Source: Malacoraja senta (lineage: Eukaryota). From it: 64,000 nt of DNA. The translations under genes were made by a program, and so were the position numbers. The stretch is from contig JAXLNO010000645.1 of assembly GCA_038087875.1 (NCBI GenBank), positions 124,001 through 188,000 of the forward strand. Reading direction: 5' to 3'. The notes below the pieces were generated by a model, which was not told where the DNA came from, did no database searches, and was given only the letters and a program-made list of their open reading frames with translations. Each line of letters starts with the position of its first letter. Positions within the stretch are counted from its first letter, which is position 1. Of the stretch, positions 28,801 through 42,366 are shown one piece after another.

Positions 28801-30400
28801 GTCACTTTTCACGTCCTCAAGGTTCGTTGCTTTTCTCATGCAGAATTTTCGTTGCTTTGCACGTGCTGAATTTTTGTCGCTTTTCGCAGGCTAAATTTCC
28901 GTTGCTTTTCATGTGCTGAAATTTTGTCACTTTTCACGTTATGAAATTTCGTCGCTTTATGCGTCCTGATGTTTCATCGCTTTTCGAATCTTGAATTTAC
29001 GTCGCTTTTCGTGTGCTGAATTTCCGTTGCTTTTCACATGCTAAATTTTCGTCATTTTTCGTGTGCTGAATTTTCGTCGCTTTTCACGTTCTCAAATGTC
29101 ATCACTTTTCCCATGCTGAATTTTCGGCGCTTTTCACGTCCTGGTTTGTCGCTTTTCGCCTGCTGAATTTTCGTCACTTTTCGCGTGCAGAATTTTCATC
29201 GATTTTCATGTCCTGAAAGTTCGTCGCATTTCACGTCCTGAAATTTCGTCACTTTATGGGTCCTGATGTTTCAACGTTTTTCGCATCCTGAAATTACGTC
29301 ACTTTTCGTGTGCTGAATTTTCCTTGCCTTTCGCGAGCTTCATTTTCATTGCATTTCATGTGCAGAATGGTCGTCGCTTTTCGCATGCTGAATTTTTGTC
29401 GCCTTTCGCATGCTGAATTTTCGTCACTTTTCGCGTGCTGAATTTTTGTCACTTTTCATATTCTGAAATGTCGTCTCTTTTCGCGTGCTGAATTTTCGTT
29501 GCTTTTTGCGTGCTGAATTTTTGTTGCTTTTCGCACGCTGAATTTTCGTTGCTATTCATGTGCTGAAATTTTGTCGCCTTTCACGTCCTGAAGGTTCATC
29601 ACTTTTGTCGTGCTGAATTTTCATCTCTTTTCGCAGGCTGACTTTTCGTAGCTTTTCACGTGCTGTATTTTTGTCACTTTTTGCATGCTGAATTTTCGTT
29701 GCTTTTCACGTGCTGAATTTTCGTCGCCTTTTGCATGCTTCATTTTCATCGCCTTTCCCGTGCATCATTTTTTTTTATCACTTTACGCTTTTCGCATGCT
29801 GAATTTACTTCGTTATCGCACGCTGAATTTTTGTCGCTTTTCGCAGGCAGAGTTTTCGTCGCTTTTTCTGTGCTGTATTTTTTTCACTTTTCGCGACTGA
29901 ATTTTCGTCGCTTGTCTCGTTCTGAAATTTCGTCACTTTTCGCTTGCTGAATTTTCGTCCCTTTTCGCGTCCTGAAGTTTCGTCACTTTCCGCATGCTGA
30001 AGTTTCGTCACTTTTCGCATGCTTAATTTTCGTCGCTTTTCACGTTCTGAAATTTTGTCACTTTTCGCGTGCTGAATTTTCGTCGCTTTTCACATCCTGA
30101 AGATTTGTCGCATTTCGCCTGCTGAATTTTCCTCACTTTTCGCGTGCTGATTTTTTGTCGCTTTTCGCAGGCTGAATTTTCGGCGCCTTTCGCGTGCTTC
30201 ATTTTCATCGCCTTTTGCGTGCTTCATTTTTTATCACTTTGCACGTCCTGAAGGTTTGTCGCTTCGCATGCTGAAGTTTCGTCAATTTTCGCGTCCTGAA
30301 TTTACGTCGCTTTTCGTGTGCTGAATTTTCGTCACTTTTCACGTTCTGAAATTTCGTCACTTTTCGCATGCTGAATTTTCGTCGCTTTTCCCGTGATGAA
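19850..30400. repeat. ~5158-bp higher-order repeat (two copies), each made of ~2842-bp and ~2316-bp related subunits
   Basis: Matching ORF pairs 20286/25444, 21050/26208, 21608/26766 and 22683/27841 (offset 5158), and 23128/28288 and 24575/29735 (offset 5160). Sub-period 20286->23128 (2842) and 23128->25444 (2316). Boundaries approximate. Confidence 0.9.
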
Positions 30401-33400
30401 TTTACGTCGCTTTTCTCTTTCTGAAATGTCCTTACTTTTCGCGTGCTGAATTTTCGTCGCTTTTCTCTTTCTGAATTTTTATCACTTTTTGCAGGCTGAG
30501 TTTTCGTCGCTTTTCACGTGCTGAAGGTTCATCATCTTTGACGTGCTGAATTTTCATCACATTTCGCTGGCTGAATTTTCGTCGCTTTTCATGTACTGAA
30601 ATTTTGTCGCTTTGCACATGCTGAGATTTTCGGCGCTTTATGTGTCCCGATGTTTTGTTGCTTTTCACGTCCTGAATTTATGTCGCTTTTTGTGTGCTGA
30701 ATATTCATCGCTTTTTGCCTGCTGTATTTTTGTAGATTTTCGCATGCTGAATTTTCGTCACTTTTCGCGTGATGAAAGCTCGTCACTTTTCATGTGCTGA
30801 ATTTTTATCGCTTTGCGCAGGCTGATTTTTCGTCGATTTTCGCGTGCTTCATTTTCATCGCTTTTCGCGTCCTGAAGGTTCATCACTTTGTCACTTTTCG
30901 CAGGCTGAGTTTTCGTCGCTTTTCGCATGCTGTATTTTTGTCACTTTTCACGGCTGAATTTTCGTCGTTTGTCTCGTTCTGAAATTTCGTCACTTTTCTC
31001 TTGCTGAATATTCATCCCTTTTCGCATCCTGAAGGTTCGTCGCTTTCCGCATGCTGAAGTTTCGTCACTTTTCACAAGCTAAATTTTCGTTGATTTTCAC
31101 GTTCTGAAATGTTGTCACTTTTCGCGTGCTGAATTTTCATCACTTTTTGAGTGCTGAATTTTCATCACATTTTGCGTGCAGAATTTTTGTCGCTTTTCGC
31201 ATGCTGAGATTTCGCCGCTTTTCACATCCTGTATTTTCGTCACTTTTCGCATGCTGAATATTCGTCGCTATTCGCGTGCTGAAATTTTGTCGCTTTTCGC
31301 AAGCTGAATTTTCATCGCTTTTCCCGTGCTTGATTTTCATTGCTTTTCGCGTCCTGAAGGTTCGTCACTTTTCGCGTGCTGAATTTTAGTCACTTTTCGC
31401 ATGCTGAATTTTTGTCGATTTTCGCGTGCTGAATTTTCGTCGATTTTCGCATCCTGAAGATTCGTCGCATTTCACCAGCTGAATTTTCCTCAATTTTCGC
31501 GTGCTGAATTTTGGTCGATTTTCGTGTCCTGAATGTTCGTCACTTTTCATGTGCTGAATTTTTATTGCTTTGCGCAGGCTGATTTTTCGTCGATTTTCCC
31601 GTGCTTCATTTTCATCGCTTTTCGCGTCGAGAATTTTTGTCAGTTTTTCGCATGCTGAATTTTCGTCGCCTTTCACATGCTTCATTTTCTTCACTTTTCG
31701 TGTGCTTCATTTTCATCGCTTTTCGCATCCTGAAGGTTCGTCGCTTTTTACATGCTGAAATTTTTGTCACTTTTCGCGTGCTGAATTTTCGTCGCTTTTC
31801 ACGTGCTGAAGGTTCATCATTTTTGACGTGCTGAATTTTCATCGCCTTTCGCTGGCTAAATTTTCGTCGCTTTTCATGTGCTGAAATTTTGTCGCGTTGC
31901 ACGTGCTGAGATTTGCGTCGCTTTAAGTGTCCCGATGTTTTGTTGCTTTTCACGTCCTGAATTTACATTGATTTTTGTGTGCAGAATTTTCATCGCTTTT
32001 TGAATGCTGTATTTTTGTAGATTTTCGCATGCTAAATTTTCGTCACTTTTCGCGTGCTGAATTTTCGGCGCTTTTCACGGTCTGAAATTTCATCACTTTT
32101 TGCATGCTGAATTTTCGTCGCTTTTTAAATGCTGAATTTTTGTCACTTTTCGCGTGTTGAATTTTCATCGCTTTTCGCATCCTGAAGATTCGTTGCATTT
32201 CGCCTGCTGAATTTTCCTCACTTTTCGCGTGCTGAATTTTCGTCGATTTTCTTGTCCTGAAAGCTCCTCACTTTTCATATGCTGAAATTTCGTCACCTTT
32301 CACGTCCTGAAATATTGTCGCTTTATACGTGCTGAATTTTTTTCGCTTTTCGCATGATGAATTGTCTTTGCCTTTCGCGTGCTTCATTTTCATCGCCTTT
32401 CGCGTGCTTCATTTTCATCACTTTTCGCGTCCTGAAAGTTTGTCGCTTTTCAAAGGTTCATCGCATTTCGCATGCAGAATTTTCGTCGATTTTTGCATGC
32501 TGAATTTTCGTCACTTTTCATGTGCTGTATTTTCGTCGCTTTTCATGTTTTGAAATGTCGTCACTTTTCACGTGCTGAATTTTTGTCACTTTTCCCGTGC
32601 TTTATTTTCATCGCTTTTTGCGTCCTCAAGGTTCGTCACTTTTCGCGTGCTGAATTTTCGTCGCTTTTCGTGTACTGAATTTTTGTCGATTATCGCAGGC
32701 TGAGTTTTCATCGTTTGTCACGTACTGTATTTTCATCACTTTTCGCATGCTGAATATTCGTCGCGTTTCGCGTGCTGAATTTTTGTCACTTTTCACGTTC
32801 TGAAATTTTGTCGCTTTTCGCAAGCTGAATTTTCGTCGCTTTTCCCATGCTATAATTTCATCGCTTTTCGCGTCCTCAAGGTTCATCACTTTTCACATGC
32901 TGAAGTTTTGTCACTTTTCGCTTCCTGAACTTATGTCGCATTTCATGTGCTGAAATTATGTCGCTTTGCACGTGCTGAAATTATCGTCGCTTTATGTGTC
33001 CCGATGTTTTGTAGATTTTTGCATGCTGAATTTTCGTCACATTCCTTGTGCTGAATTTTCTTGGCTTTTCACGTTCTGAAATTTTGTCACTTTTCGCGTG
33101 CTGAATTTTTGTCGCTTTTCGCATCGTGAAGATTCGTCGCATTTCGCCTGCTGAATTTTCCTCACTTTTCGCGTGCTGAATTTTTGTCGCTTTTCACAGG
33201 CTGAGTTTTTGTCGCTTATTACGGGCTGTATTTTTGACACTTTTTGCATGCTGAATTTTCATCGTCTTTCGCGTGCTTCATTTTCATCGCCTTTTGCGTT
33301 CTTCATTTTTTTTTATCACTTTTCGCATCCTGAAGGTTTGTCACTTTTCGCATGCTGAAGTTTCGTCAATTTTCGCGTCCTGAATTTACGCCGCTTTTCG

Positions 33401-36400
33401 TGTGCTGAATTTACGTCGCTTTTCACGTTCTGAAATTTCGTCTCTTTTCTCTTTCTGCAATTTCCTTACTTTTCGCGTGCTGAATTTAAGTCGCTTTTCA
33501 CGTCCTGGTTCATCACTTTTGTGCTGAGTTTTCATCACTTTTCGCAGGCTGAGTTTTCGTCGCTTTTCATGTGCTGAAGGTTCATCATTTTTGACGTGCT
33601 GAATTTTCATCGCTTTTCGCTGGCTGAATTTTCGTCGCTTTTCATCTACTTAAATTTTGTCGCTTTGCACGTGCTGAAATTTTCTTCGCTTTACGTGTCC
33701 CGATGTTTTGTTGCTTTTCATGTCCTGAATTTACGTTGTTTTTTGTGTGCTGAATTTGCATCGCTTTTTGCATGCTGTATTTTTGTAGATTTTCGCATGC
33801 TGAATTTTCGTCACTTTTCGCGTGCTGAAAGCTCGTCACTTTTCATGTGCTGAAGTTTTATTGCTTTGCGCAGGCTGATTTTTGGTCGAATTTCACGTGC
33901 TTCATTTTCATCGCTTTTCATGTCCTGAATTTACGTCGCTTTTCGTGTGCTGAATTTTCGTCGCTTTTCACGTTCTGAAATTTCGTCACTTTTCGCATGC
34001 TGAATTTTCGTCGCTTTTCGCGTGATGAATTTTTGTCGCTTTTCGCATGCTGAATTGTCGTCGCTTTTCCCGTGCTGAATTTTCATTGATTTTCTATTTC
34101 TGAAATTTCCTTACTTTTCGCGTGCTGAATTTACGTCGCTTTTCGCGTCCTGGTTCATCACTTTTGTCGTGCTGAATTTTCATCACTTTTCGCAGGCTGA
34201 GTTTTCGTTGCTTTTCACGTGCTGAAGCTTCATCATTTTTGACATGCTGAATTTTCATCACTTTTCGCTGGCTGAATTTTCGTCGCTTTTCATGTACTTA
34301 AATTTTGTCGCTTTGCACGTGCTGAGATTTTCGTCACTTTATGTGTCCCGATGTTTTGTTGCTTTTCATGTCCTGAATTTACGGCGCTTTTTGTGTGCTG
34401 AATTTTCATCGCTTTTTGCATGCTGTATTTTTGTCGATTTTCGCATGCTGAATTCTCGTCACTTTTCGCGTGCTGAAAGCTCGTCACTTCTCATGTGCTG
34501 AATTTTTATCGCTTTGCACAGGTAGATTTTTCGTCGATTTCCCCGTGCTTCATTTTCATCGCTTTTCGCGTCCTGAAGGTTCATCACTTTTCGCGTGCTT
34601 AATTTTCGTCACTTTTCGTGTGCTGAATTTTCGTTGCTTTTCACGTTCTGAAATTTCATCACTTTTTGCATGCTGAATTTTTGTCGCTTTTTGCGTGCTG
34701 AATTTTTGTCGCTTTTCGCGTGTTGAATTTTCGTCGCTTTTTGCATTCTGAAGATTCGTTGCATTTCGCCTGCTGAAATATCCTCACTTCGCGTGCTGAA
34801 TTTTCGTCGATTTTCGTGTCCTGAAAGCTCTTCACTTTTCATATGCTGAATTTTTATTGCTTTGAGCAGGCTGATATTTTGTCGATTTTCCCGTGCTTCA
34901 ATTTCATCGCTTTTCGCATCCTGAAGGTTCGTCACTTTTCGCGTGCTGAATTTTTGTCACTTTACGCATGCTAAATTTTCGTTGCCTTTTACGTGCTTCA
35001 TTTTCATCGCCTTTCGCGTGCTTCATTTTCATCACTTTGCGCGTCCTGAAGTTTCGTCGCTTTTTGCATGCTCAAGTTTCGTCGCTTTTCACATCTTGAA
35101 ATTACTTTGCTTTGCGTGTGCTGAATTTTCGTCGCTTTTCGCGTGCTTAATTTTCATTACTTTTCGCATACTGGTTCTTTGCTTTTACCACGCTAAATTT
35201 TCGTAGCTTTTCCCTAGCTTCATTTTCATCACTTTTCGCATCCTGAAATTTCGTCGCTTTTCGCGTCCTGAATTTACGTCGCTTTTCGTGTGCTGAATTT
35301 TCGTCGCTTTATGCATGCTTCATTTTCATCACTTTTCGCATACTGAGTCCGTCGCATTTAGCATTCTAAATTTTCGTCACTTTTCCCGTGCTTCATTTTC
35401 ATCGCTTTCGCATCCTGAACGTTCGTCGCTTTTCACGTGCTGTATTTTCACTTTTCACATGCTGAATATTCGTCGCTTTTCGCGTGCTCAATTTTTGTCG
35501 CTTTTCACAATCTGAATTTTCATCACATTTCCTGTGCTTCATTTTCATCGCTTTTCATGTCCTGAAGGTTTGTCACTTTTCGCGTGCTGAATTTTTGTCA
35601 CTTTTCGAATGCTGAATCTTCATCGCCTTTCGTGTGCTTCATTTTCATTGCCTTTCGCGTGCTTCAATTTCATCACTTTTCACGTCCTGAATTTTCGTCG
35701 CTTATCATGTCTTGAATTTACTTCGCTTTTCGCATCCTGAAGATTCGTTGCATTTCGCCTGCTGAATTTCCCTCACTTTTCACGTGCTGAATTTTCATCG
35801 ATTTTTGTGTCCTGAAAGCTCGTCACTTTTCATGTGCTTTGCGCAGGCTGATTTTTGTCCTGAATTTACGTTGATTTTTGTATGCTGAATTTTCATCGCT
35901 TTTTGCATTCAGTATTTTTGTAGATTTTCGCAAGCTAAATTTTCGCCACTTTTTGCGTGCTGAATTTTCGTTGCTTTTCACGTTCTGAAATGTCATCACT
36001 TTTTGCATGCTGAATTTTCGTCGTTTTTTGCGTGCTGAATTTTTGTCGCTTTTCGCGTGTTGAAATTTCATCGCTTTTCCCGTGCTTCATTTTCATCGCT
36101 TTTCGTGTCCTGAAGGTTCATCACTTTTCGCGTGCTGAATTATTGTCGCTTTTCGCAAGCTGAATTTTCATCGCTTTTCCCGTGCTTCATTTTCATCGCT
36201 TTTCATGTCCTGAAGGTTCGTCACTTTTCGCGTGCTGAATTTTTGTCACTTTTCGAATGCTGAATTTTCATCGCCTTTCGCGTGCTTCATTTTCATTGCC
36301 TTTCACGTGCTTCATCTCATCACTTTTTGCGTCCTCAATTTACGTCGCTTTTTGTGTGCTGAATTTTTGTAGATTTTCGCATGCTGAATTTTCGTCACTT

Positions 36401-39400
36401 TTCGCGTGCTGAATTTTCGTCACTTTTCACGTTCTGAAATGTCGTCACTTTTCGCATGCTGAATTTTCGTCACTTTTCATGTGCTGAATTTTTGTCGTTT
36501 TTCGCGTGATGAATTTTCGTCGCTTTTTGCATCCTGAAGATTCGTCGCATTTCGCCTGCTGTAGTTTCCTCACTTTTCGCGTGCTGAATTTTCGTCGATT
36601 TTTGTGTCCTGAAAGCTCGTCACTTTTCATGTCCTGAATTTGTATCGCTTTGTGCAGGCTGATTTTTCGTCGATATTCATGCGCTGAAATTTTGTCACTT
36701 TTCACGTCCTGAAATATCGTTGCTTTATATGTGCAGAATTTTTGTCGCTTTTCACATGCTGATATTTTGGTCACTTTGCACATGCTTCATTTTCATCACT
36801 TTTCGTGTGCTTCATTTTCATCACTTTTCGCATACTGGTTCGTCGCTTTTAGCATGCTAAATTTTCGTCGCTTTTCCCATGCTTCATTTTCATCGCTTTT
36901 CGCATCCTGAAGGTTCGTCGCTTTTTACATGCTGAATTTTTGTTGATTTTCGCATGCTGAATTTTCGTCGTTTTCACGTGCTGAATTTTTGTCGCTTGTC
37001 TCATTCTGAAATTTCGTCACTTTTCGTGTGCAGAATTTTCGTTGCTTTTCACGTGCTGAAGGTTCAACATTTTTGACGAGCTGAATTTTCATCGCTTTTT
37101 GCTGGCTGAATTGTCATCGCTTTTAATGTGATGAAATTTTGTCGCTTTGCATGTGCTGAGATTTGCATCGCTTTATGTGTCCCGATGTTTCGTTGCTTTT
37201 CACGTCCTGAATTTACGTTGATTTTTGTGTGCTGAATTTTCATCGCTTTTTGCATTCAGTATTCTTGTAGATTTTCGCAAGCTAAATTTTCGTCACTTTT
37301 CGGATGCTGAATTTTCGTCGCTTTTTGCGTCCTGAATTTGCTTTGCTTTGCGTGTGCTGAATTTCCGTCGCTTTTTGCGTGCTTCATTTTCATCATTCAC
37401 ATACTGAAGGTTCGTTGCTTTTACCATGCTAAATTTTCGTAGCTTTTCCCTAGCATCATTTTTCATCGCTTTTCGCATCCTGAAGTTTCGTCGCTTCTTG
37501 CGTCCTGAATTTACGTCTCTTTTTGTGTGCTCAATTTTCGTCGCTTTACGCGTGCTTCATTTTCATCACTTTTCGCATACTGTGCGTCATTTTTAGCATG
37601 CTAAATTTTCGTCGCTTTTCCCGTGCTTCATTTTCATCGCTTTCGCATCCTGAACGTTCATCGCTTTTCACGTGCTGAATTATTGTCTCTTTTCACAAGC
37701 TGAATTTTCATCGCTTTTCCCGTGCTTCATTTTCATCGCTTTTCGTGTCCTGAAGGTTCGTCACTTTTCGCGTGCTGAATTTTTGTCACTTTTCGAATGC
37801 TGAATTTTCATCGCCTTTCGCGTGCTTCATTTTCATTCCCTTTCGCGTGCTTCATTTCATCACTTTTCGTGTCCTGAATTTACTTCGCTTTTCCCGTGCT
37901 TCATTTTCATCGTTTTCGTATCCTGAAAGTTCGTCGCTTTTCACGTACAGTATTTTCGTCACTTTTCGCATGCTGAATATTCGTCGCTTTTCGCGTGCTA
38001 AATTTTTGTAGCTTTTCGCAAGCTGAATTTTCATCGCTTTTCCAGTGCTTTATTTTCATCACTTTTCGTGTCCTGAAGTTTCGTCGCTTTTCGCATGCTG
38101 AAGTTTTGTCGCTTTTCGCGTCCTGAATTTTCGTCGCTTTTCGCATCCTGAAGATTCGTTGCATTTCGCCTGCTGAATGTTCCTCGCTTTTTGTCGATTT
38201 TGTCGCTTTGCACATGCTGACATTTTCGTCAGTTTATGTCCCGATGTTTTGTTGCTTTTCGCATCCTGATTTTACGTCGCTTTTTGTGTGCTGAATTTTT
38301 GTAGATTTTCGCATGCTGAATTTTCGTCATTTTTCGCGTACTGAATATTCATCACTTTTCACATTCTGAAATTTCATCACATTTCGCATGTTGAATTTTC
38401 GTCACTTTTCACGTGCTGAATTTTTGTCGTTTTTCGCGTGCTGAATTTTCGTCGCTTTTTGCTTCCTGAAGATTCGTCGCATTTCGCGTGCTGAATTTTC
38501 ATCGATTTTTGTGTCCTGAAAGCTCGTCACTTTTCATGTGCTGAATTTTTATCACTTTGCGTAGGCTGATTTTTCGTCGATTTTCGTGTGCTGAAGGTTC
38601 ATCATTTTTGACGTGCTGAATTTTCATCGCTTTTCGCTGGCTGAATTTTCGTCGCTTTTCATGTACTTAAATTTTGTCGCTTTGCACGTGCTGAGATTTT
38701 TGTGTGCTGAATTTTCATCGCTTTTTGCATGCTGTATTTTTGTAGATTTTCGCATGCTGAATTTTCGTCACTTTTCGCCTGCTGAAAGCTCGTCACTTTT
38801 CATGTGCTGAATTTTTATTGCTTTACGCAGGCTGATTTTTCGTCGATTTTCCCATGCTTCATTTTCATCGCTTTTCGCGTCCTGAAGGTTCATCACTGTT
38901 CGCGTGCTGAATTTTTGTCACTTTTCGCATGCTGAATTTTCGTCGCCTTTCCATGCTTCATTTTCATCACTTTTTGTGTGCTTCATTTTCATCACTTTCG
39001 CGTCCTGAAGGTTCGTCGCTTTTCGCATGCTGAAGTTTCATCAATTTTCGCGTCCTGAATTTATGTCGCTTTCCGTGTGCTGAATTTTCGTCGCTTTTCA
39101 CGTTCTGAAATTTCGTCACTTTTCGCATGCTGAATTTCCGTCGCTTTTCGCGTGCTGAATTTTTGTCGCTTTTCGCATGCTGAATTGTCGTCGCTTTTCG
39201 CGTGGTGAATTTTTGTCGCTTTTCTCTTTCTGAAATTTCCATTACTTTTCGCGTGCTGAATTTACGTTGCTTTTCGCGTCCTGGTTCATCACTTTTGTCG
39301 TGCTGAATTTTCATCACTTTTCGCAGGCCGAGTTTTTGTCGCTTTTCACGTGCTGAAGGTTCATCATTTTTGACGTGCTGAATTTTCATCGCTTATCCTG

Positions 39401-42366
39401 TGCTTCATTTTCATCACTTTTCGTGTCCTGAAAGCTCTTCACTTTTCATATGCTGAATTTTTATCGCCTTGCGCAGGCTGATATTTCGTTGATTTTCCCG
39501 TGCTTCAATTTCATCGCTTTTCGAATCCTGAAGGTTTGTCACTTTTCGCATGCTGAATTTTCGTCGCCTTTCACGTGCTTCATTTTCATCGCCTTTCGCG
39601 TGCTTCATTTTCACCACTTTGCGCGTCCTGAAGTTTCGTCGCTTTTTGCATGCTCAAGTTTCATCACTTTTCGCATCCTGAAATTACTTTGCTTTGCGTT
39701 TGCTGAATTTTCGTCGCTTTTCGCGTGCTTCGTTTTCATTACTTTTCGCATACTGGTTCTTTGCTTTTACCATGCTAAATTTTCGTAGCTTTTCCTTAGC
39801 TTTCATGTGCTGAATACTTTTCGCATGCTGAATATTCGTCGCTTTTCGCGTGCTGAATTTTTGTCACCTTTCGCATGCTGAATTGTCATCGCTTTTCCCG
39901 TGCTGAATTTTCGTCGCTTTTCTCTTTCTGAAATTTCCTTACTTTTCGCGTGCTGAATTTACGTCGCTTTTCACGTCCTGGTTCTTCACTTTTGTCGTGC
40001 TGAATTTTCATCCCTTTTCGCAGGCTGAGTTTTCGTCGCTTTTCACGTGCTGAAGGTTCATCATTTTTGACGTGCTGAATTTTCATCGCTTTTCGCTGGC
40101 TGAATTTTCGTCGCTTTTCATGTACTTAAATTTTGTTGCTTTGCACGTGCTGAGATTTTCGTCGCTTTATGTGTCCCGATGTTTTGTTGCTTTTCATGTC
40201 CTGAATTTACGTCGCTTTTTGTGTGCTGAATTTTCATCGCTTTTTGCATGCTGTATTTTTGTAGATTTTCGCATGCTGAATTTACGTCACTTTTCTCGTG
40301 CTGAGTTTTCGTCGCTTTTCACGTTCTGAAATTTCATCACTTTTGCATGTTGAATATTCGTCGCTTTTTGCGTGCTGTATTTTTGTCGCTTTTCGCGTGT
40401 TGAATTTTCGTCGCTTTTCGCATCCTGAAGATTCGTTGCATTTCGCCTGCTGAATTTTCCTCACTTTTCGCGTGCTGAATTTTCGTTGATTTTCGTGTCC
40501 TGAAAGCTCTTCACTTTTCATATGCTGAATTTATATCGCTTTGCGCAGGCTGATATTACGTCGATTTTCCCGTGCTTCAATTTCATAGCTTTTCGCATCC
40601 TGAAGGTCTGTCACTTTTATCGTGCTGAATTTTTGTCACTTTACGCATGCTGAATTTTCGTCGCCTTTCACGTGCTTCATTTTCATCGCCTTTTGCGTGT
40701 TTCATTTTCACCACTTTGCGCGTCCTGAAGTTTCGTCGCTTTTTGCATGCTCAAGTTTCGTCACTTTTCGCATCCTGAAAATACTTTACTTTGCGTGTGC
40801 TGAATTTTCGTCGCTTTTCGCGTGCTTCATTTTCATTACTTTTCGCATACTGGTTCTTTGCTTTTACCATGCTAAATTTTCGTAGCTTTTCCCTAGCTTT
40901 CATGTGCTGAATACTTTTCGCATGCTGAATATTCATCACTTTTCCCGTGCTGAATTTTTGTCACGTTTCGCATGCTGAATTTTCGTCGCTTTTCGCGTGC
41001 TGAATTTTTGTCGCTTTTCGCATGCTGAATTGTCGTCGCTTTTCCCGTGCTGAATTTTTGTCGCTTTTCTCTTTCTGAAATTTCCTTACTTTTCGAGTGC
41101 TGAATTTACGTCGCTTTTTGCGTCCTGGTTCATCACTTTTGTCGTGCTGAATATTCATCACTTTTCGCAGGCTGAGTTTTCGTCGCTTTTCACGTGCTGA
41201 AGGTTCATCATTTTTGACGTGTTGAATTTTCATCGCTTTTCGCTGGGTGAATTTTCGTCGCTTTTCATGTCCTTAAATTTTGTCGCTTTGCACGTGCTGA
41301 GATTTTCGTCGCTTTATGTGTCCCGATGTTTTGTTGCTTTTCATGTCCTGAATTTACGCCGCTTTTTTTGTGCTGAATTTTCATCGCTTTTCACGTTCAA
41401 AAGTCTCATCACTTTTCACGTCCTGAAGTTTTGTCGCTTATCGTGTCCTGAATGTACTTTGCTTCCCGTGTGCTGAATTTCCGTCGCTTTTCGCAAGCTT
41501 CATTTTCATCACTTTTCGCGTGATTCATTTTCATCACTTTTTCATCACTGGTTCGGCGCTTTTATCATGCTAAATTTTTGTCTCTTTTTCCGTGCTTCAT
41601 TTTCATCGCTTTTCACATCCTGAAGTTTCGTCGCTTTTCGCGTCCTGAATTCACGTAGCTTTTCGTGTGCTGAATTTTCGTCACTTTTTGCGTGCTTCAT
41701 TTTATAACTTTTTGCATACTCGATGTTCGTCGCCTTTAGCATGCCAAATTTTCGATGCTTTTCCCGTGCTTCATTTTCATCGCTTTCGCATCCTGAAGGT
41801 TCGTCGCTTTTCACGTGCTGTATTTTCGTCACTTTTCGCATGCTGAATATTCGTCGCTTTTCACAAGCTGAATTTTCATCGCCTTTCGCGTGCTTCATTT
41901 TCATCACTTTTTGCGTCCTGAAGTTTCGTCGCTTTTCGCATGCTGAAGTTTTGTCGCTTTTCACGTCCTGAATTTACGCCGCTCTTCGTGTGCTGAATTT
42001 TCGGTGCTTTTCGCGTGCTTCATTTTCATCACTTTTCGCATAGTGAAAGTCCGTCGATTTTAGCATGCTAAATTTTCATCGCTTTTCTCATGCTTCATTT
42101 TCATCGCTTTCGTATCCTGAAGGTTCGTCGCTTTTCGCGTGCTGTATTTTCATCACTTTTCGCATGCTGAATATTCGTCGTTTTTCGCGTGCTGAATTTT
42201 TGTCGTTTTTCGCAAGCTGAATTTTCATCGCTTTTCCCGTGATTCATTTTCATCGCTTTTCGTGTCCTGAAGGTTCGTCACACTTTGCGTGCTGAAGTTT
42301 CATCGCTTTTCGAATGCTGAATTTGCGTTGCCTTTCGCGTGCTTCATTTTCATCGCCTTTCGTGTG

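Larger units (their letters stand above)
1..42366. repeat. 25-bp satellite DNA array (block 1), running off the window start
   Basis: Continuous head-to-tail degenerate copies of ~TTTTCGTCGCTTTTCGCGTGCTGAA (25 nt), all in one orientation with a T-rich + strand. Ends abruptly where DIRS RT sequence begins. Confidence 0.97.

Noticed and set aside
19850..30400. Link between HOR period (5158 bp) and DIRS length (5127 bp)
   Set aside because: No sequence relationship seen; treated as coincidence.
1..42366. CRISPR array or bacterial repeat locus
   Set aside because: No constant repeat with unique spacers and no cas genes; the context is eukaryotic TEs.
1..42366. CENP-B box in the monomer
   Set aside because: TTCG is present, but the required A and CGGG at canonical spacing (TTCGnnnnAnnCGGG) are absent.
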